Shown here: positions 20,761-31,724 of the stretch, piece after piece
How the letters are laid out: every line of letters starts with the position of its first letter
Numbering within the stretch: the stretch's first letter is position 1
Source: an uncultured Nitrospiraceae bacterium
GTDB lineage: Bacteria; Nitrospirota; Nitrospiria; Nitrospirales; Nitrospiraceae
DNA length: 64,000 bases
NCBI GenBank assembly: GCA_963730935.1
Contig: CAVSTP010000002.1
Location: 352,001-416,000 of the forward strand
Reading direction: 5' to 3'
The notes under the pieces: generated by a model
What the model was told of the DNA's origin: nothing
Database searches by the model: none
Seen by the model: only the letters and a program-made list of their open reading frames with translations
Made by a program: the position numbers and the translations under genes

Positions 20761-21416
20761 AACTTGGCCGTCACCACAGCCCACATCCTGTTGACGACCT
20801 CATCGGCCGACAAAGTCGACGTATCGATATGGTGTGCGTCCTCGGCCGGGATCAGCGGCGCCATGGCTCGGGAGCGGTCGCGATCATCCCGTCCCGCCAG
20901 TTCCGCGCTCGTCTGCTCGATGGCGCCCCGATGACCGGCCGCCACGAGTTCATGATGTCGACGTTGTGCCCGGATCGTCGGATCGGCCTCGAGAAAGAAT
21001 TTGACCGGTGCCGACGGAAAAACCTTCGTGCCGACATCACGACCCTCTGCCACTACGGAACCCCTCTTGCCGATCTGTCGCTGGACCGGCAGAAGCCAGG
21101 CTCTGACGGCCGGAATTGCCGAGACCACGGATGCCGCTGCTGACACCGCCGGCGTCCGAAGTTCTTTGGTCACGTCCTCTCCATTCATGGAAACCGTCAC
21201 CTCGTTGTTCGTCATTTCCATCTGAAGCGACAGCTTCGGTAGTAGCCCCGCCACCGCCTCGGCATCCGCCGGCTCAATCCCGTGCCTCAGGACCCCCCAA
21301 GCCACCGCCCGGTACAGCGCCCCTGTGTCGAGATAGAAGAAGCCCAGCCGAGAAGCCAAGAGCTTCGCCACTGTGCTTTTCCCCACACCGGCCGGGCCGT
21401 CAATCGCCACAATCAT
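20757..21416 (-). CDS. cmk: Cytidylate kinase
   Basis: AIDGPAGVGKST, DTGALYR, EGRDVGT. Confidence 0.95.
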   Translation of the reverse strand: MIVAIDGPAGVGKSTVAKLLASRLGFFYLDTGALYRAVAWGVLRHGIEPADAEAVAGLLPKLSLQMEMTNNEVTVSMNGEDVTKELRTPAVSAAASVVSAIPAVRAWLLPVQRQIGKRGSVVAEGRDVGTKVFPSAPVKFFLEADPTIRAQRRHHELVAAGHRGAIEQTSAELAGRDDRDRSRAMAPLIPAEDAHHIDTSTLSADEVVNRMWAVVTAKL

Positions 21417-22750
21417 AGCTTCGCATTCCCTTCTGCAGCTCCCGTTATTCGCAACAAGGAAGCGCGAAAATCCGGGAACGATGTCTCGATGCAATCCGTG
21501 TCCTGCACAACCGATTCCCCGGGAGCCGTCAAAGCCGCAATGGCGAGAGACATCGCCACACGATGATCACCATGACTGCGCCCGCTTGCTGATTGCAGTC
21601 GCCCGTTTTCGCGAGAATGCCCGAGGCCTTGAATGACCATGCCATCCGGTCTCTCGCTGATCCGTGCTCCCATAGCTCGCAGTTCGGCGGCCATCGTCGC
21701 AATCCGGTCACTTTCCTTCACGCGCAACTCGTCTGCTCCTGTGATCACGGTCTGCCCCTCGGCCACTGCAGCGGCCACGCAGAGGATGGGAAACTCATCG
21801 ATGGTCTGAGGAATCAGATCCGCCCCGATTGTGACTCCGTGGAGCGGAGCGCATTTCACACGAATGTCCGCCACCGGCTCGCCAGCTTCCTCTCGCCGGT
21901 TGAGCAACTCAATATCACCGCCCATGCGATCCAGGACGTCGAGCAGACCTGTTCTCGTCGGGTTCACGCCGACGCCCGTAATCGTGATGTCAGAACCCGG
22001 AATGATGGTCGCTCCGACAATGAAAAAGGCGGCGGCGGAGAGGTCGCCCGGCACGGTCAGTTGAGGTGCAGCGGCCCATCCCACGGACGGTCGACCTTCG
22101 ATGGTGACCGTGAGTTCGTCGCGCATCAGCGGCAATCCGAAAAACTCGAACAATCGCTCGGTATGATCCCGTGATCGCCGGGGCTCCGAGAGACGGGTCG
22201 TGCCTTCGGCAAACAGCGCCGCGAGCAGAAGCGAAGATTTCACCTGGGCGCTTGCAACGGGCGAGGCATAGGCGATGGCACGAAGCGTTGTCCCGGTAAC
22301 CGCCAATGGAGCAAGCTCACCGCCCTTTCGTCCAGCGATGGTCGCCCCCATCTCGCGGAGCGGTTTGACGATCCGTCCCATCGGACGACGCCGGATCGAT
22401 GCGTCACCGGTGAGGACGGTGAAAAAATCCTGTCCGGCCAGCAGGCCGGTCAACAGACGGATGCCCGTGCCCGAGTTGCCGCAATCAATGATGCCTCCGG
22501 GCTCCGTGAGTCCCCACAACCCTTTCCCATGGACGTGTAGCTCATCGTGTGTTTCGTCGATTCTCACTCCGAGGGCCTGCAACGCGCGCATGGTATTGAG
22601 ACAGTCTTCTCCACGGCAATAGTGTTTGAGCGCGCCCTCGCCTTCGGCCAGTGCCGTGAGAATCAGCGCACGGTGGGTGATGGATTTGTCGCCGGGAACG
22701 GCAATTGTCCCACTGAGAGACTGCCCTGGTGTGATCGTTAACGTCGCCAA
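21413..22750 (-). CDS. aroA: 3-phosphoshikimate 1-carboxyvinyltransferase
   Basis: PGDKSITHR, GNSGT, SAQVKS, RDHTE, ELRVKESDR, DHRVAM. Confidence 0.97.
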   Translation of the reverse strand: MATLTITPGQSLSGTIAVPGDKSITHRALILTALAEGEGALKHYCRGEDCLNTMRALQALGVRIDETHDELHVHGKGLWGLTEPGGIIDCGNSGTGIRLLTGLLAGQDFFTVLTGDASIRRRPMGRIVKPLREMGATIAGRKGGELAPLAVTGTTLRAIAYASPVASAQVKSSLLLAALFAEGTTRLSEPRRSRDHTERLFEFFGLPLMRDELTVTIEGRPSVGWAAAPQLTVPGDLSAAAFFIVGATIIPGSDITITGVGVNPTRTGLLDVLDRMGGDIELLNRREEAGEPVADIRVKCAPLHGVTIGADLIPQTIDEFPILCVAAAVAEGQTVITGADELRVKESDRIATMAAELRAMGARISERPDGMVIQGLGHSRENGRLQSASGRSHGDHRVAMSLAIAALTAPGESVVQDTDCIETSFPDFRASLLRITGAAEGNAKL

Positions 22751-22803
22751 CTGCCCCTCATCCTCTTTCCATCGTGTTCACTGAGCTGTACCCTCGCTGC
22801 ATA

Positions 22804-23682
22804 TCACGTCCGGATAGGGAATTTCTCCCGTTCTTCCTTCGCCCGCTCCAGCATCTTCTCGATACCGGCGGCATCCCCGGTCTCAATCAACTGTCTCAAT
22901 TCACCTAGTGATCGTTCATACGCGCGCATCCAGGCAACGACATGCTCCCGATTCCAGAGGAAAATATCGCGCCACATTTCCGGCGAGCTCGCAGCGATCC
23001 GCGTCGTGTCACGCAATCCCCCTCCCGAGTGGCCGGCCAGGTCCAGTCCAGGCACTTCCATCCTGATCTCGATGAGCGCGATCATCAGGGCGAATGCCGC
23101 CGCGTGGGGCAAGTGACTGACGGCTCCCAAAATCTTGTCGTGGAGCTGGGGATCCATCGTGAGCACGACCGCCCCCGCCTCCTGCCAGAGGGCCCGGACC
23201 TGTTCGAGCGCCTGAGGGTTCGTCTGATGAGTCGGCGTCAAAATGCAGCGTCTCCCGCTGAAGAGGTCTTCGGAGCCCGCCGCCGCACCCGTCTTTTCCT
23301 TTCCGGCGATCGGATGCCCACCGACGAAATGCACGCCGGCCGGCATCTGGCGTTCCGACCGTACAACCAACTCCCCTTTGACGCTGCCGACGTCGGTGAC
23401 GATGGCGCCGGGGCGCAAACAGGAGGCCCACTCCTTCAGATGGCGTTCATACGTATCGACCGGCGTCGCGAGAATGACGAGGTCCGCCTCTTTCACCGCC
23501 TCTTTCGAATCCACGACGTACCGATCGATCGCTCCGACGGTAACCGCTGTCCTCAGATTTTCAATGCGCCGCCCCACTCCCACGACGCTGGAGGCCAATT
23601 GTTTACGGCGCAGAATCATGCCCAGGGAACTACCGATCAACCCGACCCCGATAATGACCGCCTGGTTGAAATGCAATTTCAT
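22804..23682 (-). CDS. tyrA: Prephenate/arogenate dehydrogenase
   Basis: [33 protein letters not shown]. Confidence 0.93.
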   Translation of the reverse strand: MKLHFNQAVIIGVGLIGSSLGMILRRKQLASSVVGVGRRIENLRTAVTVGAIDRYVVDSKEAVKEADLVILATPVDTYERHLKEWASCLRPGAIVTDVGSVKGELVVRSERQMPAGVHFVGGHPIAGKEKTGAAAGSEDLFSGRRCILTPTHQTNPQALEQVRALWQEAGAVVLTMDPQLHDKILGAVSHLPHAAAFALMIALIEIRMEVPGLDLAGHSGGGLRDTTRIAASSPEMWRDIFLWNREHVVAWMRAYERSLGELRQLIETGDAAGIEKMLERAKEEREKFPIRT

Positions 23683-24695
23683 TACACTTCTCTTCCGACC
23701 GCGTGGGCAATCTTGCGCATATCGTGCATCAGTTCTTTGAACTTGGTCGGCTTGATCGACTCCTCCCCGTCGCACAGCGCGCACTCGGGATTCGAATGGA
23801 CTTCAATGAGGATCCCATCGGCGCCCGCCGCCACTGCCGCCTTGGACATCGGCGCGACCAGATTCCACTTTCCGGTGGCATGGCTGGGATCCACGATCAC
23901 GGGCAGATGTGACAACTCCTTCAACGTCGGGATTGCGGCAAGATCCAGGGTGTTACGGTATTGCGTTTCAAAGGTCCGGATACCGCGTTCACAGAGCATG
24001 ACGTTGCGGTTTCCACGGGACATGATGTATTCGGCGGACAAGAGAAATTCCTTAATCGTGGCTGAAAGCCCCCGCTTCAACAGCACCGGCTTGTCGTAGG
24101 CACCGACCTCCTTCAACAGTTCAAAATTCTGCATGTTGCGGGCACCGATTTGGATGATGTCGGCCTTCTCGAGAAAGAGCTCGATATCGCGAGTGTCGAG
24201 GATTTCGCTGACGACTGGCAGGCCCGTCTGTTTCCTGGCCTCGGCCAGATAATCCAAACCCTCGCGGCCCAACCCTTGGAACGAATATGGCGACGTGCGC
24301 GGCTTATAGGCGCCACCGCGCAGGATACTGGCTCCGGCGGCCTTCACCTCATGCGCAATGCCGACGGTCAGCTCCAACCGTTCCACGGCGCAGGGGCCGG
24401 CCATGATCGCCAGTCGGTTGGCGCCGATCTTCACCCCCCCCACGTCGATGATGGTCCCTTCCTTCTTGAATTCCCGGCTGACCAACTTCCAGGGAGCCAA
24501 AATGGGCAGGACGCTCTCCACTCCAGGCAACGCCGTGAGCGGCTGGTTTTGAAGGATGCGGTCGTCTCCGATGACGCCGATGATCGTCCGTTCCTGTCCT
24601 GTCGAGAGCTGCGATTTCAATCCCAGTTCCCGAAGCCGATCCACGATGTGATCGACTTCCCGCTCGGATGCATCCGGCCTCAACACGATGATCAT
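23682..24695 (-). CDS. aroF: DAHP synthase (type Ibeta, N-terminal ACT-like domain)
   Basis: [38 protein letters not shown]. Confidence 0.95.
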   Translation of the reverse strand: MIIVLRPDASEREVDHIVDRLRELGLKSQLSTGQERTIIGVIGDDRILQNQPLTALPGVESVLPILAPWKLVSREFKKEGTIIDVGGVKIGANRLAIMAGPCAVERLELTVGIAHEVKAAGASILRGGAYKPRTSPYSFQGLGREGLDYLAEARKQTGLPVVSEILDTRDIELFLEKADIIQIGARNMQNFELLKEVGAYDKPVLLKRGLSATIKEFLLSAEYIMSRGNRNVMLCERGIRTFETQYRNTLDLAAIPTLKELSHLPVIVDPSHATGKWNLVAPMSKAAVAAGADGILIEVHSNPECALCDGEESIKPTKFKELMHDMRKIAHAVGREV

Positions 24696-24711
24696 GATGT
24701 CCTCGTTTTGG

Positions 24712-25794
24712 TCAGCCCGCCTGTAACACCTGCCCGAGTGCCGCAAGGAACGTCGTATTTTCTTCTGCCTGTCCGATCGTCACGCGGATCATGCGCCCTT
24801 CGATATGACGAACGATGACGCCCAGCCGCAAGAGCGCGTCAAAGACGCGACGGCCATCGCGCCCCACGTCAAAATACACAAAATTGGTTTCGCTTGCGAT
24901 CGGCGCCAACCCAAGCGTCCGTAATCCGTTGACGACCTGGTCCATCCCCGTCTGATTCACTGCACGGCTGTTCGCCACGTGCTCATCGTCGTCCAACGCC
25001 GCCAATGCTGCGCGCTGGGCCAAGCTGTTGGCGTTGAATGGCGGCCTGACGCGGTTCAAGAAGTTCGCGATTTCAGGAGTGGTCACCCCATAACCGATGC
25101 GCAAACCGGCCAACCCATAAATTTTTGAAAACGTTCTCAAGACAATGGCATTTCGTCCTCGTTTCACATAGGCCATGGAATCCGGGAATTCCGAACTGCG
25201 CACATATTCGAAGTAGGCCTCGTCGAAGACGATCACGACATGCTCCGGAACCCTCGCGAGCAGCCTGGTCACCTCATCGGCCGACACCATGGTGCCCGTC
25301 GGGTTGTTGGGATTACAGAGAAACAGGAGCCGCGTCCGCTCCGTAATGGCAGCGGCCATCGCCATGACATCATGGCGCCACTGTACCAGAGGGACGAGCA
25401 CGGCCTTCCCATGCGCGGCCATGACTTCCATCTTGTAAATGACGAACGTCTGATCGGCCATGACCGCTTCGTCCCCAGGCGACAGAAATGTGCGGGCCAG
25501 GAGGCCGAGGATTTCGTCGGAGCCATTGCCAAGAATGACCTGCTCCGCAGACACCTTCCAACGGTCGGCAATTGCCTGCCGCAGCCGGAAGGCTCCGCCG
25601 TCCGGGTACCGATGCAGTGTCCCGACCCCTTCATTGATCACGGCCATGGCTTTCGGCGACGGGCCCAATGGGTTTTCATTCGACGCCAGCTTGATTACGC
25701 GTGTGAGGCCCAACTCACGCTGCAGCTCCTCCACCGGTTTCCCCGGCACATAAGGGCTCAAGGCGGCAATATCGGGATGAACGTGAAGCGTCAT
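24712..25794 (-). CDS. hisC: Histidinol-phosphate aminotransferase
   Basis: KLASNENP, NPNNPTG, DEAY, RTFSKIYGLAGLRIG. Confidence 0.95.
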   Translation of the reverse strand: MTLHVHPDIAALSPYVPGKPVEELQRELGLTRVIKLASNENPLGPSPKAMAVINEGVGTLHRYPDGGAFRLRQAIADRWKVSAEQVILGNGSDEILGLLARTFLSPGDEAVMADQTFVIYKMEVMAAHGKAVLVPLVQWRHDVMAMAAAITERTRLLFLCNPNNPTGTMVSADEVTRLLARVPEHVVIVFDEAYFEYVRSSEFPDSMAYVKRGRNAIVLRTFSKIYGLAGLRIGYGVTTPEIANFLNRVRPPFNANSLAQRAALAALDDDEHVANSRAVNQTGMDQVVNGLRTLGLAPIASETNFVYFDVGRDGRRVFDALLRLGVIVRHIEGRMIRVTIGQAEENTTFLAALGQVLQAG

Positions 25795-25798
25795 GGGA

Positions 25799-26875
25799 TT
25801 AATTGTGGGCCGGATAGGAGCCGAGCACTTTCATGAAGAGACAGCGCCCGGTGATTTCCTCGACGGCCTTTTTGACTCGTTCCTCTTCAATATGGCCTTC
25901 GACGTCCACAAAAAAGATGTACTCCCACGCCTTGCGTCTGGAGGGGCGCGACTCGATCTTGGTCATGCTCAACCCGTGGGAGGCGAAGGGGCGCAACAAA
26001 TCGTATAGCGCACCGACCTTGTCCTTAATCGATAACATGAGTGACGTCTTGTCTTTGCCGGTGCGTTGCGGAGGCTTCTGCGACAAGACGAGGAACCGCG
26101 TGAAGTTGTTGAGATTGTCCTCGATCCGTGACTTGACGACCTTCAAGCCGTATAACTGCGCGGCCAACTCAGAGGCGATCGCGGCGATGGACGGGTCGTC
26201 GAGGCACATCTCGGCTGCACGGGCCGTGCTGGCGACTTCAGAGACCGGGAGGTGAGGCATGTTGGTCTCCAACCAATTGCGGCACTGGGCGATCGCGTGG
26301 GGATGAGAGCAAATCTTTTTGATCTCTTCTGCGGCACCGGACTTCGACATCAAATGGTGCGACACTTCCTGAAGCACTTCTCCGTAAATCAAGAGGTTCG
26401 AGTCGATGAACATGTCGAGGGTGTGGTTGACGACGCCTTCGGTCGTGTTTTCGATGGGGACGACTCCGAAGTTCGCCCTTCCCCGCTCCACCTCGCTGAA
26501 GACATCCTTAATGCTGTTGACCGGGACATACTGGGCCGATGCCCCGAACTTCTGGGTACAGGCCATGTGCGTGAAGGTCGCCCGAGGCCCGAGGTAGGCC
26601 ACCTTCTGTGGACCCTCCAAGGAGAGAGATGCAGACATGATCTCCCGGTATACGGGCCGGATGGCGTCGGAAGGAAATGGACCGGTGTTTTCCGCAATGA
26701 GGCGCTCGATGATGGCCGCTTCCCTGGCAGGGGTATGGAGATTCGCACCGGCATCCTGCTGTTTTTTCAGCTTGCCGATCTCGACGACACTTTTTGAGCG
26801 CTCGTTGAGGAGACGCAAAATCTCGTCATCGATGCGGTCGATTTCTTTCCGGTAATCGGAAAGGTCACCGGGCAT
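25799..26875 (-). CDS. pheA: Chorismate mutase/prephenate dehydratase
   Basis: N-terminal CM domain, PIENTTEG, NFTRF, KIESRP. Confidence 0.95.
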   Translation of the reverse strand: MPGDLSDYRKEIDRIDDEILRLLNERSKSVVEIGKLKKQQDAGANLHTPAREAAIIERLIAENTGPFPSDAIRPVYREIMSASLSLEGPQKVAYLGPRATFTHMACTQKFGASAQYVPVNSIKDVFSEVERGRANFGVVPIENTTEGVVNHTLDMFIDSNLLIYGEVLQEVSHHLMSKSGAAEEIKKICSHPHAIAQCRNWLETNMPHLPVSEVASTARAAEMCLDDPSIAAIASELAAQLYGLKVVKSRIEDNLNNFTRFLVLSQKPPQRTGKDKTSLMLSIKDKVGALYDLLRPFASHGLSMTKIESRPSRRKAWEYIFFVDVEGHIEEERVKKAVEEITGRCLFMKVLGSYPAHN

Positions 26876-27074
26876 GAATGGGACCCCCTCCACCCCTGCC
26901 CCATGAGTTGGACGAGCGTCCAGAAGCAGGACGGGTGCGAGTAAGCAACGAATGATACAGGAACCGCTTTACGGAATGCAAGGAGAGCCCAAGACTTTCA
27001 GGAACTTGCGTGCACTTTGCGGGTAGAAAATGGACCGCAGCCTTGTACTGGTCGGCCGGGCGCGGCAGGTGGGG

Positions 27075-28079
27075 TTAATACAGGAGATTGGACGGCCGCC
27101 TGAAATGGTCCAAGGCAGCCTTTGTGACCTGGCGGCCGCGACCCGTCCGGTCGAGGAAGCCCGCCTGTATCAGATACGGCTCGTACACGTCCTCGAGCGT
27201 GCTTCGATCCTCTTGAACCGCGGCGGCCAACGACTCGACGCCCACTGGACCACCGCCAAACTTATCGATGATCGTTAAGAGGATGTTCCGGTCCATCTCG
27301 TCAAAGCCAGCGGCATCCACGCCCAGCCACGTCAGGGCCTCTTGGGCTACAACTCGGGTGATCCGACCTTCTGCCTTTACTTGCGCATAGTCACGAACCC
27401 GCTTGATGAGCCGGTTGACGATCCGAGGCGTCCCTCGGGCACGACGTGCGATCTCCTCAGCTCCGGGCCGATCGATGGCAATCCCCAGTAACCCGGCTGA
27501 GCGCACCACGATAATTTCCAGTTCTGCCGGAGAATAGAATTCCAGCCGATGCACGAGGCCGAATCGGTCCCGCAGCGGCGAGGTCAAGGCTCCGGCTTTC
27601 GTTGTGGCGCCCACCAGCGTGAAACGGGGCAGGTCAAGCTTGACCGTCCGCGCCGCGGGTCCTTGGCCGACAACCAGATCCAGCTGGAAGTCTTCCATTG
27701 CCGGATACAACGCTTCCTCTACCGAAGCAGGCAATCGGTGAATTTCATCGATGAAGAGGACGTCATGCTCTTGGAGATTCGTCAGGATCGCCGCAAGATC
27801 GCCCGCGTGCGCGAGGACCAGCCCGGAAGTCGAGCACAACGTCCCCCCCATTTCACGCGCAATGATATGGGCAATGGTCGTCTTCCCGAGCCCTGGCGGA
27901 CCATAGAAAATCGCATGGTCGAGCGGCTCTCGCCGCTGTTTCGCCGCTTCGATGCAGATCCGCAGGGAATCCTTCATGCGCGCTTGCCCGATGTACTCGT
28001 CGAGGGTCTGCGGGCGGAGCGTCTGCTCCATGCTGCGTTCATCGTCCGTCAACTGCGCATTAACGACTCGTTGGGACAT
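27075..28079 (-). CDS. ruvB: Holliday junction helicase RuvB
   Basis: [32 protein letters not shown]. Confidence 0.97.
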   Translation of the reverse strand: MSQRVVNAQLTDDERSMEQTLRPQTLDEYIGQARMKDSLRICIEAAKQRREPLDHAIFYGPPGLGKTTIAHIIAREMGGTLCSTSGLVLAHAGDLAAILTNLQEHDVLFIDEIHRLPASVEEALYPAMEDFQLDLVVGQGPAARTVKLDLPRFTLVGATTKAGALTSPLRDRFGLVHRLEFYSPAELEIIVVRSAGLLGIAIDRPGAEEIARRARGTPRIVNRLIKRVRDYAQVKAEGRITRVVAQEALTWLGVDAAGFDEMDRNILLTIIDKFGGGPVGVESLAAAVQEDRSTLEDVYEPYLIQAGFLDRTGRGRQVTKAALDHFRRPSNLLY

Positions 28080-28107
28080 GACGGTTCAGGTCTCCTGGCG
28101 CATTTCG

Positions 28108-28608
28108 TCACGGTTTCGCCGGCGGTGGAACGTGTTTCGGCGGCGGCGGCAAGGCGCCTTGGCCCGGAGCCGGCATACCGCCGCAATCCGGCGGACAGAC
28201 TTTTCCACCTTGAGTCGGATCGGGAAGATTGAGCTCCATCCGCTCCAATTGACACTGCGATAGCCGTCCTCCATCTTGGCTTCCGCAACGAGCTGGCACG
28301 GACGAGCTTCCGATCTCGCGGTATCCCTCGGGGCAGGACCCGCAGACCGCCAGCATGTTCGCCCCGAGCGGGACACACTGGACGAGCGTCGCGTCGCCTT
28401 CTTTGCAATTCTCAGGCGATTGCGTCATGCCGGTTGTGGCATAGCCATCGGGACATTTCCCACAGGTCTTGCGGATGCTCTTCGGCTCTACGGGCGCCTC
28501 ATCGGCCGACGAGACAACCGCAGGAGACCCACAAAGAACGCCGACCAAAGCGAATCCGAGACAGGACCTCTTCCATAGGACGGTTCGTCTGTTCGCGTGC
28601 ATGGTCAA
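28108..28608 (-). CDS. Exported Cys-rich hypothetical protein
   Basis: Signal peptide; repeated CGxCPxGY units; Pro-rich tail; start overlaps the ruvA stop. Confidence 0.7.
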   Translation of the reverse strand: MTMHANRRTVLWKRSCLGFALVGVLCGSPAVVSSADEAPVEPKSIRKTCGKCPDGYATTGMTQSPENCKEGDATLVQCVPLGANMLAVCGSCPEGYREIGSSSVPARCGSQDGGRLSQCQLERMELNLPDPTQGGKVCPPDCGGMPAPGQGALPPPPKHVPPPAKP

Positions 28609-29213
28609 CCCCTTGCCAGTTTTTTTAAGCTTTCACGAATGAGTTCCTGGAGCGTCAAGGGTCCGGACCGCGACTGTTGAGCGGCCTTTAAGGCCTCTTT
28701 GGCATCGGATGCACGGTAGCCCAAGTTCGTCAGGGCAGAAAGCGCGTCGTCGAACGGTTCGTCCCGGCCTCTGAGCAGCTGAGCGTCGGGAGGCATGAGC
28801 CCCGGATGCAGCTTCGTCAATTTATCTTTGAGTTCAAGGACAAGGCGGCCCGCCGATTTTTTGCCTATTCCTGGGACCGTCTCCAGTTTTTCGACATCCC
28901 CTGATTGGATGGCCGAAACGAGATCGGAAACAGGGAGCGCGGACAAAATTCCCAGCGCCGACTTGGGTCCGATGCCGGAGACGCTCAGTAACAGAACAAA
29001 CGCATCCTTTTCTTGCGGTGTGCTGAAACCGAACAATTGGATGGCGTCTTCACGAACATGGGTATGGATGCTCAACGACAGGCTGTCCTGGACGTTCGGG
29101 AGGTTGTAGTAGGTGCTGAGGGGAATAAAAACTTCGTATCCGACCCCTTGAACATCAAGAGCCAGATGCGTCGGCGCCTTGAAGGCCAATCGGCCTGTCA
29201 GGAGGGCGATCAT
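28605..29213 (-). CDS. ruvA: Holliday junction branch migration protein RuvA
   Basis: GVGYEV, VSGIGPKSA, VPGIGKKSA, ALTNLGY. Confidence 0.96.
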   Translation of the reverse strand: MIALLTGRLAFKAPTHLALDVQGVGYEVFIPLSTYYNLPNVQDSLSLSIHTHVREDAIQLFGFSTPQEKDAFVLLLSVSGIGPKSALGILSALPVSDLVSAIQSGDVEKLETVPGIGKKSAGRLVLELKDKLTKLHPGLMPPDAQLLRGRDEPFDDALSALTNLGYRASDAKEALKAAQQSRSGPLTLQELIRESLKKLARG

Positions 29214-29230
29214 GCGTCGATGGTGGAAGC

Positions 29231-29989
29231 CTATCCCGCGGCGGTGGCCGCGACCTTTTCCATCACGTCGTCCGGGATGTCGAAATTCGCATGCACCTTC
29301 TGCACGTCATCGTGCTCGTCAAGGACTTCCATGAGTCTCAACATCTGCTCAGCGCCTTTTTCTTCGAGCTTGATCGTGTTCTGCGGAATGAAGGTGATCT
29401 CTGCGAGGGACGTATCGATCTTCGCATCGGCGAGCGCTTTCTTGACCGCGTCGAAGTCCTGCGGGTTGGTCACCACCTCAAAAGACTTTTCTCCGACTTT
29501 CACGTCTTCGGCACCCGCATCGAGTGCCAGCGACAACAGCGTGTCTTCATCGCTCTTGGACCTGTCGATCGCGAGCAGTCCCTTTTTATGGAACTGCCAG
29601 GAGACAGCCCCGGCTTCGGCCATATTGCCGTGATTTTTCGTTAGGACACTGCGGATTTCGGCGACGGTGCGGTTGCGGTTGTCACTGGTGATTTCGATCA
29701 ACAAGGCGGTTCCACCCGGCCCGTAGCCCTCGAGGGAGAACTCTTCATACGTCACCCCGGGCAACTCTCCCGTACCTCGCTGAATTGCCTTCTTCAAGGT
29801 GTCACCGGGCATGTTCGCTTCCTTGGCCTTGGCAATGGCCAGCCTCAACCGGGGATTCCCGTCGGGGTCACCTCCCGTACGAGCGGCTATGGTCACTTCG
29901 CGAATAATCCGGGTAAAAATCTTTCCCCGTTTCGCGTCTTGAGCCCCTTTATGGCGCTTGATAGTCGCCCAGTGGCTATGTCCGCCCAT
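29231..29989 (-). CDS. yebC: YebC/PmpR family protein
   Basis: MGGHSHWATIK, NPRLR, EGYGPGG, DNRNRT, DDVQKV. Confidence 0.95.
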   Translation of the reverse strand: MGGHSHWATIKRHKGAQDAKRGKIFTRIIREVTIAARTGGDPDGNPRLRLAIAKAKEANMPGDTLKKAIQRGTGELPGVTYEEFSLEGYGPGGTALLIEITSDNRNRTVAEIRSVLTKNHGNMAEAGAVSWQFHKKGLLAIDRSKSDEDTLLSLALDAGAEDVKVGEKSFEVVTNPQDFDAVKKALADAKIDTSLAEITFIPQNTIKLEEKGAEQMLRLMEVLDEHDDVQKVHANFDIPDDVMEKVAATAAG

Positions 29990-30113
29990 GGTCCACTCCG
30001 TTCAGCCGTATTGCCACGGCCGGTGTTTCGAGAGGTGAGATCGTGTGAGGTTGTACAGGTAACATAGCGTTTGGAAGGGTGTCAATTACGGCGACAGGCG
30101 GGAAGGAGAGGGC

Positions 30114-30893
30114 TCACTCAGAATACAGGAGCAGCTGCGCGCCAATAAGGAGAATGAGGGAAACCCATACCCATTCCCAGTTTGTGGAGCCGGACCGTTC
30201 GGCCGGCATGACCCATGTGGAGACGAGCTTGGTCGAACCTGCCGTGACGGCCATCGTGCCCATGATGGCGTGATGCATGGCGATTTTCTGTGCAGAAGGG
30301 TGAAACCCATGTGAATGGCCGAAAAGCATCAGGCCTCCCACGATAGCCATAAGCGGAAGCGGTGATGCCCACGCTTTGTGCCCGATTCGTCCTAGCCGGC
30401 GGAACAGCTCGACGCTTCCCACCCCAAAGGCCAGAATCCCGTACATCTTATGCTGCAAAATCTCGTAGTCTCCACCAGCGAATGTTTCAATAAGCGTGAG
30501 CGAGCCGATGGGCCAGGCTTCGTGATCGCTCCAAACGATGATGAGGAAGCCGGCGACTACCAAAATCGACGGCAGGAGGAGCCTGGCCCATCTCAGGGAG
30601 GACAGGCGCAAAACATGGCTTAACTCGGCTATCCCCATCAACAAGACCATGAAACCGGCCACGTGATGGTTACGTTCCGAGTAGGCAATACCTATCGCCG
30701 AACCTTCCCAGACTTCCGCCTGAGCTTCAAGGTCGTGCCGGTCATGGGCTTCAGCGTGCGGTGAGTCATGGGGAAACGGAACGGAATGTTGGGCCAGTGC
30801 GGGAGCCACGGTCAACAGTGTCAGAAGCGTCATGCGGCACACTAGGATTGTCAGGGAGGAGCTGCGTCGCATGGGCATTCTAGGTTGTGGCAA
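30114..30893 (-). CDS. His-rich multi-TM membrane protein (possible metal binding)
   Basis: His-rich N-terminus, about 6 TM segments with intramembrane His (NHH, QHK, HHAIMG); start uncertain. Confidence 0.7.
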   Translation of the reverse strand: MPQPRMPMRRSSSLTILVCRMTLLTLLTVAPALAQHSVPFPHDSPHAEAHDRHDLEAQAEVWEGSAIGIAYSERNHHVAGFMVLLMGIAELSHVLRLSSLRWARLLLPSILVVAGFLIIVWSDHEAWPIGSLTLIETFAGGDYEILQHKMYGILAFGVGSVELFRRLGRIGHKAWASPLPLMAIVGGLMLFGHSHGFHPSAQKIAMHHAIMGTMAVTAGSTKLVSTWVMPAERSGSTNWEWVWVSLILLIGAQLLLYSE

Positions 30894-30958
30894 TGGAAAG
30901 GCCCATCCAGTCCGACCAGATGGGCCTTTGGTCTCTCGGGGGAATCAGCAATCTCACG

Positions 30959-31708
30959 CTACATGAACTTCATAAATTTGTCCTTGGCATCGTCCATCAC
31001 TTGAGCCGTGATGGTGACGACGCCTCGTTCCTTCGCGAGTCGCTCAATCTCCTTACGGGCCATCGGACGGATGAAGTCGGGAATGTTGTCGAGGCGCTGC
31101 TGCGCTTCGGGCGTCCAAGCCATACCGTTCGGTGAGTCATTTTTCGAGTCGTCCATGACCTGTAACGTGATCGTCTGATACCCCTGTTTACGCGCGAAGG
31201 CTTCAACGCTGCTTTGCACCATCGGCTTCACAAAGGCAGGGAGCCGTTCGAGCTTGTCCTTTGCATCAGGACTCCAAGTGAACTCGGACTTGCCCGGGCC
31301 GCCGTTGGCAGGCTTCCCGCTCGAGGTCAGACCCATTTCAGCAACCATCGCAGAGAACGGACATCCCCCGCCCGATTTTTCCCCCGTCTTCCCCGGAGCG
31401 GCAGTCGCAGCTACCGGCTGTCCGCCCTGAATTTTTTCATTCAAGTACGCAGCCATTTGTCCGGAACCTTCCTGCGCTTCCTCTTTGAGTGTGCCGCGCG
31501 TCATCTCAAAGGGCTGCGCCTGCGCCGTCCTTCCGCCTAACTGTACACCAAGCGAACTGACCATCTGCGTCTCACCGGGGTTGGTGACCATCGAGAACTT
31601 GGCGCCGCAGGAGGGGCAGCCGAAGAAGACCCCGAGCGATCCTTCGCCGGGTTTTTCCACCTTCTCGAAGTTCATGTAGGTTTCGCAGTTGAGACACACA
31701 AATTTCAT
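30959..31708 (-). CDS. CxxC zinc-ribbon plus two PCP_red repeats protein
   Basis: MKFVCLNC..GCPSCG, GCPF, and two WxPxAxxxLxxxPxFxxP repeats. Confidence 0.8.
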   Translation of the reverse strand: MKFVCLNCETYMNFEKVEKPGEGSLGVFFGCPSCGAKFSMVTNPGETQMVSSLGVQLGGRTAQAQPFEMTRGTLKEEAQEGSGQMAAYLNEKIQGGQPVAATAAPGKTGEKSGGGCPFSAMVAEMGLTSSGKPANGGPGKSEFTWSPDAKDKLERLPAFVKPMVQSSVEAFARKQGYQTITLQVMDDSKNDSPNGMAWTPEAQQRLDNIPDFIRPMARKEIERLAKERGVVTITAQVMDDAKDKFMKFM

Positions 31709-31724
31709 GGCAGCTCCTCTCCGC

